DNA of 16,797 nucleotides from Vulcanimicrobiota bacterium (GCA_003133025.1 PKZK01000021.1:1-16797); one strand, 5' to 3'. Positions 1 to 7,936 are shown, numbered from the stretch's first letter. Made by a program: numbers and translations. The notes: generated by a model from the sequence alone, not told the origin.

Positions 1-2
1 CG

Positions 3-422
3 GCCGAGCCGAGCCCGCTCGCGGGTACGCCGCAGTCGGCGGCCCAGGCGCCCGAAGCGCTCGCGCCGACTCCGGCCCCGACACCCTCCGCCGCGCCGAC
101 CGTCGCGGCGGCCGCCGTCGCGATGTCGCAAAAGGCCGCGCCCGATCGCGGGCTCGACGCGGCCGCGGGCGGCTGGGGCCAAAACTTCGATAGCCCGATG
201 CTGTCCGACGAGACGGCGCTCGCCGATTTGAAGGCGAAGTATCACGTCGCCGGGATCACTATCAAAGTTGACGAGTCCGGACGCGCGCTGCGCGTCATCG
301 TCCCGGCCAACGTACCCGAGGAAGCGCGAGACGAAATCGTGCAACGCTTGAGCGCCATGCACTACGTGCCCGCCGAGTGCAACGGCTTGCGCTGCGCGGG
401 CACGCTGGTCGTGAGCTTGTGA
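3..422 (+). CDS. 3' part of a Pro/Ala-rich protein with a TonB C-terminal-like domain (5' end outside window)
   Basis: The frame is open from position 3 (AEPSPLAGTPQSAAQAPEALAPTPAPTPSAAPTV...) to TGA at 420-422, so the ORF-track ATG at 123 is probably internal. A Pro-rich linker is followed by ITIKVDESGRALRV...YVPAECNGLRCAGTLVVSL, resembling the TonB-C pattern 'VDxxGxVxxV...xPAxxNG'. Confidence 0.5.
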   Translation, partial: AEPSPLAGTPQSAAQAPEALAPTPAPTPSAAPTVAAAAVAMSQKAAPDRGLDAAAGGWGQNFDSPMLSDETALADLKAKYHVAGITIKVDESGRALRVIVPANVPEEARDEIVQRLSAMHYVPAECNGLRCAGTLVVSL

Positions 423-463
423 GGCTGCCGGCGCTCTATCACATTTTGCGCGGCCACACCTCG

Positions 464-3400
464 CTATCTCGAGGGGCTGCCGGTTTCTCGCTGCAGCTTG
501 CCTGAATCGCGCAACGCCAGGAATCGGGCGTTCCACGGAACGGCGGCGTATGCGGGTGCGAACTCGCCGATTGCCTTCGCTCGCTCATCGTAGAGGCGCG
601 ATGCTTCGGAGAGGTAGACCGCCGCTGCCTCACTGAGACCGCGGTGTTCGGCGACGAGAGCACGCGCCCAAGCCATCAGGTGAGGGAATTCCTCGCCGCT
701 CTGCAGCTCCTGCGGGAGTGCCGCGAGCTCGCGTTCGAGCGCATCCGCGCGCGCGTCAGCCCGGGCGTCGAGTGCCGACACGATCGCAAATGCCAACGTG
801 AGGGCAGAGAGCACGCTCGGCGGTTTCTCGCGGTGAATGGCGAGCGCGCGGTCGAACTCGGCCGCCGCGGTGGTCTCGCGCCCTTCAGCCGCGTGTGCGA
901 GCGCACGGCAGAGGTGCACGTTGGCCTCTTCGATCGTGCCGAACCCGGTGCAGTATTCAGCGATTGCGTCGAGCAGCGCCGGCACTTTGCGCGCATTGCC
1001 GGTATAGAGGTCGACCAGGGCGAGCCCGATCGTGCAGGCTACGCGTACGGCGACGGTCGCGTCCTCTCCGTAGTGGAGCCCTTTCCGATAGAGCGTCCTC
1101 GCCGTTTCGTAGTCGGCCGTCCAGGCGGCCAGGTTTGCTACCTGGAGTTCGTGACCGTCGGCCGCACGCAAGCCGAGCCGGCGCAAGACGTCGACTGCGG
1201 CAGAGAAGTGCGCGCGCGCGTCGGCGAAGCGCTGTTCGTTGATGGCTAGGTTACCCAGCCTGTTGTGCGCCTCGGCTTCGGTGCTCGGATCGCCGCTGCG
1301 CCTCGATTCGTCCAAGAGGCGAGTCGCCGCGGCGAACACTTCGCTGCCCCGCGCCCCGCGGCGCTGTGCCAGCAACGTCTTTACGCGCAGAATCCGCAGG
1401 AGCCCGCGCGCGTCGTCGGGTGCGAGCGCCCGTTCGGCGGCCGCGAGCGCGTCGGCGGCGTGCCGGTAGCGGTCCATCGTGATCGCGATCGTGGCCGATT
1501 CGATGTGCGCTTGCACGATCGCGTTTGCATCTCCCGTACTCTCGGCCGCGGCGAGAAAACGCTCCGCCGCGTTCTGCGCTTCGGCGAAACGATCGTGCGC
1601 GACCGCGTCCACCGCCCGCAGTCGCTCGACCTCGGGCAGCTGCTGGGGTGTAAGCGTCGCCGTCGACAAGGCGGCTAGCGCCGCGGTGCGTACGTCGAGC
1701 CTGCCGGCGAGCGTCGCTGCGGAAGCGCGAAGGATGTGCATGTCGACCGCATGCGCCGGCGTGTCGGACAGTGCCAGCGCGCGCTCGGCGTACGTCAGCG
1801 CTTCTTCATTCGCATACAGCGCCAGAGCGTGGCGTGCGGCAGCGGCGTAGCTTCGCGCCGCCCGTACCGGATCGCCCCCGCGCTCGAAGTGCGCCGCGAT
1901 CTCGGCAGAGTGGTCCGGCCGCTCGCCGAAGAGCTTGGTCTCGGCGTGGGCCACGAGCGCGTGGCGTTGCCGCAGAACCTGCGCGTCGAGCGCTTCGTAA
2001 ACGGCAGCTTGCACGAGATGGTGCGTGAAGGCGTAATCGCCTAAAGCCGCGCGCCGGCCGCGGCGCGCGAATCGCGCTTCAACTAATTCGTCGAGCGCTT
2101 GCACGACATCGAACTCGCTCCAGCCGGATACCTCGCAGAGCAGCTCGATCGTGAAGCCCGACCCCGCAACGACGGCAATCTCGAGCAGCGCGCGAGCCGC
2201 GTCCGTCAGCGCGGCGATCCGCGCAGGCACGTTGAGTCGCGATGCAATCTGGTTCCTCCGCCCCGCATAGACCGCCTCATCCAAAAAGAGCGGCACGCCT
2301 TCGCTGTATGCGTAGAGTTCGTTGGCCCGCTCCTCGACGGCTCGCCCTTCGCCCACGCGTTCCGGAAGCCGCCGAAGGAGTTCGAGCAAGGCATCCCGCT
2401 GCAGGCGCCCCACGGGAAGCGCCTCGAGGATGCCTTCTGCTTCGAGTCGCCGCCGCAGTGCCCGCAAAGGATGCGTTCGGCCGACCCCCTCCTCGCGCGA
2501 GGTCGCGACGATCAACGCAGGCAGCCCGCTCGCACGCCGCGCCAAATACTCGATCAGCGAAGTGCTCGATGGCGTTGCCCAATGCAGGTCTTCCAAAACG
2601 ACGAGCAACGGCCGCTTGCGCGCAAGTTTCTCCAGTGCGGCAAAGAGCGTTTCGAAGATGCGCGCTCGCTCCGCATCGGGCGTTAGCGGCAGCGCACGCT
2701 CCACCGCACCGTGCACGACGATCTCGGGCAAGACCCCGGCCAGGATGCCGGCTTCAGCGCGAGTGAGTTCGCGTACGAGCAACGGAAGCGCGCCGCGCAA
2801 TGCGTCGGCAACCGCCTCGTACGGTCGCGCTTCGCCCGGCGTCGTCGAGCCGATCAGCACTCCGCCGCCCTGGCTCTCGGCGTGCAGGGCGAGTTCCTGG
2901 GAAAGTCGAGACTTGCCGGCGCCGGCCTCACCAGAGAGCAGGATCGTGCGTCCATGTCCGCGCGCGGCTTCGGCCCACGCGCGCGTCAAGGCGGCGAACT
3001 CGCGCTCGCGGCCGACGAAAGGCAGCAGCTTCTCCTCGCGCGCCGGCGCCTCGGACGGCGCCGGCCCTTCGACTGCCGGCGCCTCCCCGCGAACGAGCGC
3101 TTCGAAGGTGGTGCGCGTGTCGGGCGCAGGTTCGACGCCGAGCTCATGCTGCAAGCGTTCCGCGAACGAACGGTAGGCGGCCAGAGCGCCGCTCCGGTCG
3201 CCCAACTCCGCGCGCACGAGCATCTCTATCCGCAGCGCGTCTTCGCGCCAGGGGTCGATCGCGAGAATGCGGCCGATGTCGGCGAGGGCTCCGGCGAAAT
3301 CCCGTTCGCCGCGCTTGCGCCGTACCGAGCGTCGCAACGCGTCGAGTTGCTGCTCGCGAAAGCGCTCGCGCTCGGTGAGAATCCAATCGTCGTTGTGACC

Positions 3401-3784
3401 TTCGAGAAAGGCTCCGCCATAGTGCGCGATCGCCTCGTCATAGCTGCGGGCCGCGTATGCTTCCGCAAAGGCGATCACGTCAACCGAGACGGCGTCCTGA
3501 ACGTTCCAGCGGATGCTCTGCATCGCCGCCGTCAGCAGCGGCTCGGGCGACACGTGCGCCAGGGCCCGGGCTAACACGTGCAGGTTGCGGCGAAGCTTGC
3601 CGCGGCCGCCCTCGGGCTCGTCGTCGGGCCAGAGGAGCGTCGCCAAGAAGTCTCGGGACGTCGGCGCGTCGCGGTGCGTCGCCAAGTAGGCCAACGCCTC
3701 GACGGCCTTGGCCGGAGCGCGGAGCGGTTCGATCGCTCCGTCGATGTCGACCCGCACTTGCCCGAACAGCCGGATCGTCAGCAC
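464..3784 (-). CDS. SARP/AfsR-family transcriptional regulator: OmpR-like winged helix + BTAD + STAND-type AAA ATPase + TPR-like region (~1106 aa)
   Basis: N-terminal LTIRLFG...ALAYLA...SRDFLATLLWPD...LRRNLHVL (wHTH). BTAD motifs VDVIAF, YGGAFLEG, DPWREDA, GDRSGALAAY, ELGVEP. LPFVGRERE, Walker A GEAGAGKS, Walker B LLVVLEDLHW, YAFTHHLVQAAVY, then Ala-rich helical repeats. GTG at 3784 is preferred over the ORF-track start at 3916, which overlaps the divergent gene and its promoter; the exact start is uncertain. Confidence 0.92.
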   Translation of the reverse strand: MLTIRLFGQVRVDIDGAIEPLRAPAKAVEALAYLATHRDAPTSRDFLATLLWPDDEPEGGRGKLRRNLHVLARALAHVSPEPLLTAAMQSIRWNVQDAVSVDVIAFAEAYAARSYDEAIAHYGGAFLEGHNDDWILTERERFREQQLDALRRSVRRKRGERDFAGALADIGRILAIDPWREDALRIEMLVRAELGDRSGALAAYRSFAERLQHELGVEPAPDTRTTFEALVRGEAPAVEGPAPSEAPAREEKLLPFVGREREFAALTRAWAEAARGHGRTILLSGEAGAGKSRLSQELALHAESQGGGVLIGSTTPGEARPYEAVADALRGALPLLVRELTRAEAGILAGVLPEIVVHGAVERALPLTPDAERARIFETLFAALEKLARKRPLLVVLEDLHWATPSSTSLIEYLARRASGLPALIVATSREEGVGRTHPLRALRRRLEAEGILEALPVGRLQRDALLELLRRLPERVGEGRAVEERANELYAYSEGVPLFLDEAVYAGRRNQIASRLNVPARIAALTDAARALLEIAVVAGSGFTIELLCEVSGWSEFDVVQALDELVEARFARRGRRAALGDYAFTHHLVQAAVYEALDAQVLRQRHALVAHAETKLFGERPDHSAEIAAHFERGGDPVRAARSYAAAARHALALYANEEALTYAERALALSDTPAHAVDMHILRASAATLAGRLDVRTAALAALSTATLTPQQLPEVERLRAVDAVAHDRFAEAQNAAERFLAAAESTGDANAIVQAHIESATIAITMDRYRHAADALAAAERALAPDDARGLLRILRVKTLLAQRRGARGSEVFAAATRLLDESRRSGDPSTEAEAHNRLGNLAINEQRFADARAHFSAAVDVLRRLGLRAADGHELQVANLAAWTADYETARTLYRKGLHYGEDATVAVRVACTIGLALVDLYTGNARKVPALLDAIAEYCTGFGTIEEANVHLCRALAHAAEGRETTAAAEFDRALAIHREKPPSVLSALTLAFAIVSALDARADARADALERELAALPQELQSGEEFPHLMAWARALVAEHRGLSEAAAVYLSEASRLYDERAKAIGEFAPAYAAVPWNARFLALRDSGKLQRETGSPSR

Positions 3785-3826
3785 GAGCAGCGCTTCAGCA
3801 ATCGGGCCGCCGCTTCCCGGGCCGCA

Positions 3827-3859
3827 TCGGACGCTTTTCCGACGGTCGCCCTGTAGCGT
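3827..3859 (+). promoter_or_regulatory. Putative SARP-binding box (TCGGACG-CTTT-TCCGACG) plus -10 element TAGCGT; probable leaderless promoter of the 62-aa gene
   Basis: Heptamer direct repeat with 11-bp period at 3827-3844, 9-nt spacer, TAGCGT at 3854-3859, and ATG 6 nt later at 3866 with no SD. Confidence 0.7.
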
Positions 3860-3865
3860 GGGCGG

Positions 3866-4054
3866 ATGGATAGCGCGGATGCGACGGCCGTTTTTATCGT
3901 GCGGATGTGGCGGCAAGGTGGGCCCGATTCGGACGCGGCGTGGCGCGGATCGGTCGAAGACGTGGGTGGCAAACGCCGCATATACTTCACGAACTTAGGC
4001 TCGATGTGCGAGTTCATGGTCGAACAGCGCGGCCACGCTACGAGAGAAGAATAA
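3866..4054 (+). CDS. Small hypothetical protein (62 aa) of a type I recall next to BTAD/SARP regulators
   Basis: AVFIVRMWRQ...AWRGSVEDVGGKRRIYFTNLGSMCEFM has a globular beta-beta-beta-alpha-like pattern (FxxRxW...WRGxVE...F..L..L..F). It fits exactly between two promoter boxes. Confidence 0.75.
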   Translation: MDSADATAVFIVRMWRQGGPDSDAAWRGSVEDVGGKRRIYFTNLGSMCEFMVEQRGHATREE

Positions 4055-4057
4055 GCG

Positions 4058-4090
4058 TCGGACGCTTTTCGGACGAGCACGCTCTATGGT
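4058..4090 (+). promoter_or_regulatory. Second putative SARP-binding box (TCGGACG-CTTT-TCGGACG) plus -10 element TATGGT, upstream of the NHL lipoprotein gene
   Basis: Perfect heptamer direct repeat at 4058-4075, 17/18 identical to the box at 3827-3844, with the same 9-nt spacer to TATGGT at 4085-4090. Confidence 0.72.
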
Positions 4091-4140
4091 TGCCGGGAGC
4101 CGGAATACCGGCGCACGCACCGCACAGAGGAGAACCTCCA

Positions 4141-5112
4141 ATGTCCCACTCGTTCCCGGGAAAACGTTCCCCCCGTCTCACAATCTTCGCGGCCGCAGTC
4201 GCGGTCGCACTCGCCGGGTGCTCCGGCACTTCGGCCGGCTTGTCACCTGCAACGAACGGCGGCGCCTCGACATCCTCGTTCGCGCACTCCGGTCTCACCG
4301 GTCCCTTTTCAGGCCTCCTCGGCGGCCCACTCGCGGGCCCGCTACAAAAACTCTACATCGCGGGCTATACGAGTAATACGATCTCGACCTACACCACCGA
4401 CGGAAAGCCGAGCACGCCCACGATCACGGGCCTCGACGGCCCGGTCGGCATCGCGGTCGACGCCGCCGGAAAGATCTACGTTGCCGACAGCAGCTCCCTC
4501 CCGAATACCGGCCAAATCCTGACCTTCAATCCGGATGGATCGCCGGCGAGCCCCACCATTACCACGGGTCTCTCGCAGCCGTTTGGAGTGGCGGTCGACG
4601 CAAACGGGAAAATCTACGTCGCCAACTATAACGGCAACTCGGTCACGACGTACCTTGCAGACGGCACGCAAACGAGTCCGACCATCACCGGACTCCAGCA
4701 ACCAACCGACGTTAAGGTCGACGCGAACGGCAAAATCTACGTGAGCCAAAAAGGAACGGGCAGCTTCAACGGTTCCGTCACCACATACAATCCCGACGGA
4801 ACCCAGACGAAGCCGACCATCACCGCCGGCATCTCGCTGCCGCAATCGCTCGCCCTCGACGCACGAGGCAACATCTACGTCAGTAGCGACGCCTCAGACG
4901 AGATCACGACGTATACTCCACAAGGCAAACAGCGAAAGATAACCATGGCCGTCACGAACGGTGACCCCGGCTACATCGCAATCGGACCCACCGGCAAGGT
5001 CTACGTCACGAGTACGCACGGCTTCATGACGACCTTCACCAGAGGCGGCAAGCCCATCAAGCCGACGATCTCGGGCCTTCCGGAGCCGCCCCTAGGAATA
5101 GCGATTCATTAA
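4141..5112 (+). CDS. NHL-repeat beta-propeller lipoprotein (~323 aa)
   Basis: SD AGAGGAG at 4126-4132 before ATG 4141 (the ORF-track start at 3907 is too far upstream). Signal peptide with lipobox LAGC, a Gly/Ser linker, then about six repeats of TYxxDGxxxxPTITGLxxPxGIAVDAxGKIYV. Confidence 0.88.
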   Translation: MSHSFPGKRSPRLTIFAAAVAVALAGCSGTSAGLSPATNGGASTSSFAHSGLTGPFSGLLGGPLAGPLQKLYIAGYTSNTISTYTTDGKPSTPTITGLDGPVGIAVDAAGKIYVADSSSLPNTGQILTFNPDGSPASPTITTGLSQPFGVAVDANGKIYVANYNGNSVTTYLADGTQTSPTITGLQQPTDVKVDANGKIYVSQKGTGSFNGSVTTYNPDGTQTKPTITAGISLPQSLALDARGNIYVSSDASDEITTYTPQGKQRKITMAVTNGDPGYIAIGPTGKVYVTSTHGFMTTFTRGGKPIKPTISGLPEPPLGIAIH

Positions 5113-5217
5113 AACAGCCGCAAAGCGGACGCGGGAGTGCGTGGTGCCTCCCCGCCGCTAGGCCCCTTGCGTGCCGGTCGCTCGGGCGATCGGCGAGGCG
5201 CGCGACTTGACGAGGAG

Positions 5218-5368
5218 AGGCTGCGATGCGAACACGACCGACGAGATCGAAGCCGCCGACCACGGCATCGGCGCGGTCGATGCCGTCCGGCAGGCGATCG
5301 CACAATACCACGCCTCGCGCAACGCCTGGGCCTCCCCGAGCGTTTCAGGCTCGTGGCAAGCGCCTTAG
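5218..5368 (+). pseudogene. Remnant 3' end of a paralogue of the downstream glycoside hydrolase-like gene
   Basis: Translates GCDANTTDEIEAADHGIG--AVDAVRQAIAQY versus GWDANSTDDIEGADDGIGRSAVETVREQIRQY at 6619-6714. DNA 5218-5271 vs 6618-6671 matches at 47/54 positions by hand count. Ends at TAG 5366-5368. Confidence 0.75.
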
Positions 5369-6771
5369 CCGCTACCGTTCTCGCTACGCTCACGCTCGCT
5401 TCCCCGCAGAGCGCGGTTCCGAATGCGCCCTTGATCGTCGACGGCTCCAGCCGTGTCGTGGTCATGGAATACGAGGCCTGGTTTGGCCCGAAAGCCGTGG
5501 GCTTTCCGCTACGCGGGCAGTCGCCGCGGCCGCTCCTGACCTCACCCGACATGCAACCCTATGGCGGGGGCTACGATAGCGCCGATCCCGACGTCATCCG
5601 CAACCACATCACCAACCTTACCGCAATGGGCGCGGACGCGGCCATCGTCGAGCTGACCAATAACGTGAGTTGCATTTTCGACGACGGCGACGCTGCGGTG
5701 AATCCGGCGCTGCTCAACCCGTGCGGACAAACGACGGTCGCGCTCAATCGCAGCTTCAAGAAAAGCAATCAGCAGATTCGCGACAACGACGGGCTGATCT
5801 ACTCCGCCTGGTCGGAGCTCGGCACCAATCTGAAGATCATCCCGCTCTTGGCCTGTCAAGACAACGGCTGTTTGACGCCGTACAGCGCGAGCGGCTCGGC
5901 TACGGGCTTCGGCGTCGACCCGTGCCCGGCGATCCCGGGCATTCCGGTGGGCAACCTCGACGGCAACCCGGCGGTGAACGGCACGAACTCGTTCGAGAAA
6001 GAGATGGCTTGGTACGGCGAGCAGATGGCGCGCTATCCCAACCTCAACGTGATCTACGAAGGCAAACCGCTCGTTTTGATCTTTGCGCCGCCGGGCGTCG
6101 ACGACACGCCCTGCCTGATGAACGAGCTGCACGACAGCATCGTCGCCACGGGCCTCGATCGAAAGTACACGTTCCGCATGATGGGCGGGTATTTCGATAC
6201 CGACTCGACGTTCTGGGACGAGCCTGCGGGTTACGTGCCCACCGCGCCGACCCCGCTCAAGCGCGGCTTCGGCTTTTGGTGGTGGAGTTGGGTCGACCGG
6301 CTGAACCGGCGCTTCTCGTACTTTCCGTCGTACACGCCGGCGCCGCACGCACCGCGCGTGGAAAACCTCACCGTCTCGATCGCGACCGCCGGTCAGAACG
6401 GCTGGGGCACCTACCCGGACTCATGCCCACCTGCGCCACGCGAGAACCCGCCGCTGACGACGTGCAAACCGGGCACCGACTACTTCGTCGACGCGTCGCT
6501 GCGCGACGAAGACCACGTGCCCTATTCGACCTTCACCAATTTCATGTGCGTCGCGCGCAAGCTCGATCCGATCTTCCTGATGGTGCATCAGTTCAACGAA
6601 TTCTCGTTCGGCGATGAAGGCTGGGACGCGAACTCGACCGACGACATCGAGGGCGCCGACGACGGCATCGGTCGCAGCGCCGTCGAAACGGTGCGCGAGC
6701 AGATCCGGCAGTACGAGCCTACGGCCGCCAGAGGCCGATCGAGGAACCAACCCAGGTCATGTCGCGGTTGA
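5353..6771 (+). CDS. Secreted GH99/GH71-like glycoside hydrolase (TIM-barrel), substrate unknown
   Basis: Hydrophobic signal-like segment VASALAATVLATLTLASPQSA. Motifs MEYEAWFG, P...GGYDSADPDVIRNH...MGADAAIVE, YEGKPLVLIF and LMVHQFNEF...DEGW...DDIE resemble the GH99 clan. Start uncertain (GTG 5353 or slightly upstream); the ORF-track N-terminus 5137-5320 is Arg-rich out-of-frame read-through of the paralogue remnant. Confidence 0.6.
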   Translation: MASALAATVLATLTLASPQSAVPNAPLIVDGSSRVVVMEYEAWFGPKAVGFPLRGQSPRPLLTSPDMQPYGGGYDSADPDVIRNHITNLTAMGADAAIVELTNNVSCIFDDGDAAVNPALLNPCGQTTVALNRSFKKSNQQIRDNDGLIYSAWSELGTNLKIIPLLACQDNGCLTPYSASGSATGFGVDPCPAIPGIPVGNLDGNPAVNGTNSFEKEMAWYGEQMARYPNLNVIYEGKPLVLIFAPPGVDDTPCLMNELHDSIVATGLDRKYTFRMMGGYFDTDSTFWDEPAGYVPTAPTPLKRGFGFWWWSWVDRLNRRFSYFPSYTPAPHAPRVENLTVSIATAGQNGWGTYPDSCPPAPRENPPLTTCKPGTDYFVDASLRDEDHVPYSTFTNFMCVARKLDPIFLMVHQFNEFSFGDEGWDANSTDDIEGADDGIGRSAVETVREQIRQYEPTAARGRSRNQPRSCRG

Positions 6772-7936
6772 AGTCCACGCCGATCATCGCGCCGCGCGCG
6801 AGCCTGCACAGGTTGAGCGCGGGCACGAATTGCGCCGCATCGTCCGGACGCAAGTAGATCATGCGAATCTCGGCCTTGATGCCGCCGCCGTCGACCGCGC
6901 GCAGGCGCGGTGCGTACGTAATCTTCCGTTGCAGGCACCACGCGGCGCGCATGTCCGCCGGAATTGCCGCAACGTCGGCCGCGGTCGGGGCCACGTTGAC
7001 GCCGCCGCCCGCAAACGAGAAGAGCGGCTTGAGCACGTAGTTCTCCGTCAGGTCCGGCGGCACGTCGGAAAGCTCCGAAAGCAGTTGCGTGCGCGGCACC
7101 GCCGGATGGTCGAGAAACGGCAGCGAGTACTTCGACCAGATGAAAAACCAGTTCGGGTGCGGCGTCCACTCGACGTCCAACTCTTCGCGCAGGTCGAAGG
7201 GCAAAGTCACGCCCTTCTTCTCGAGTTCGTCGATGACGATGCGCCAGTAGATGCGCTCGACGGGAAGCTCGCGTCCGGCGTCGTCGCGGCGGAAAAGCCG
7301 CCGGCCGCGCTTTTCGAGCTTCGTCGGACAGACCGCATCCACGCCGAAGAGCGTCTTGCTCGCGCGAAAATCGCACGACGTCTTCTGCTCGGACGGATCG
7401 ATGTCGACGAGCGCGACGTGCGCGGGGTCGTGGTCGCCCACGATCGTCTCCCGTGCCAGCGCGAGGATCTGGTCGCGCGACAGACCGCCGAAGCGGCACG
7501 ACCACGGGCCCTCGAGGCCCGGCATCGTCGCAAGCTCCGCGCCCCACGCATCGGCCTGCATGACCTGGAAGCCGACCAGCGACGGAAAACCCTGCAGTTC
7601 GATCAGACGCGGGCCGAGCGTCCCGTCCGCCTCCTCGACGAGCGCGAAGTCGATGATGCCGAAGCTGGGCAGCGCCGTCTCGCCCGGGACGTGCCGGTCG
7701 GCGGGAATCGCGTCGCGCATGCGCGCGATCTTCTCCGGCAGACAGAGTTGCGCGAGGATCTCGTCGGCCGCGCGCACGCAGCGTTCGCGCAAGTCGGCCG
7801 AAAAGAAGACCGGCGTCTCCGCCAGCCGGAAGCCGATCTCGCGCCCGCCGGTGCGCGCGACCAGGTCGGCGGCATAGCGCGCGTAGACGGCGTCGCTAAA
7901 AGCCGCGTTGAAGTGCGCGCGGGCGCCCGGCTCCAC
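6719..7936 (-). CDS. Circularly permuted ATP-grasp amide ligase (glutathionylspermidine synthase-like)
   Basis: IDFALV...GPRLIELQGFPSL (N-terminally placed metal-binding D...E), ERIYWRIVIDE, HPNWFFIWSKYSLPFL, YVLKPLFSFAGGGV, WCLQRKITY. This motif order is typical of the permuted ATP-grasp. Confidence 0.72.
   Translation of the reverse strand: MEPGARAHFNAAFSDAVYARYAADLVARTGGREIGFRLAETPVFFSADLRERCVRAADEILAQLCLPEKIARMRDAIPADRHVPGETALPSFGIIDFALVEEADGTLGPRLIELQGFPSLVGFQVMQADAWGAELATMPGLEGPWSCRFGGLSRDQILALARETIVGDHDPAHVALVDIDPSEQKTSCDFRASKTLFGVDAVCPTKLEKRGRRLFRRDDAGRELPVERIYWRIVIDELEKKGVTLPFDLREELDVEWTPHPNWFFIWSKYSLPFLDHPAVPRTQLLSELSDVPPDLTENYVLKPLFSFAGGGVNVAPTAADVAAIPADMRAAWCLQRKITYAPRLRAVDGGGIKAEIRMIYLRPDDAAQFVPALNLCRLARGAMIGVDFNRDMTWVGSSIGLWRP

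Noticed and set aside
3929..3935. Third TCGGACG heptamer
   Set aside because: A single copy inside the small CDS with no 11-bp partner or -10 element; compatible with chance.
3785..4140. N-terminal extensions of ORFs 464..3916 and 3907..5112
   Set aside because: They overlap each other, the 62-aa gene and both promoter boxes. Domain boundaries and the SD at 4126-4132 support starts at about 3784 and 4141.
4400..5100. Repeated DNA motifs (gcggtcgacgc...aaatctacgt, accatcacc) that might suggest an array
   Set aside because: They are the coding NHL repeats, degenerate and in frame, not CRISPR or non-coding repeats.
5113..5160. Short hairpins after the NHL gene (ccgc-aaa-gcgg; imperfect gcgggag/ctccccgc)
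   Set aside because: Stems are short or bulged with no U-tract, too weak to call a terminator.
426..5183. Possible target-site repeat tgccggcgctc (426-436) versus tgccggtcgctc (5172-5183) flanking the SARP cassette
   Set aside because: Short, imperfect and GC-rich, with no integrase or transposase nearby; likely chance.
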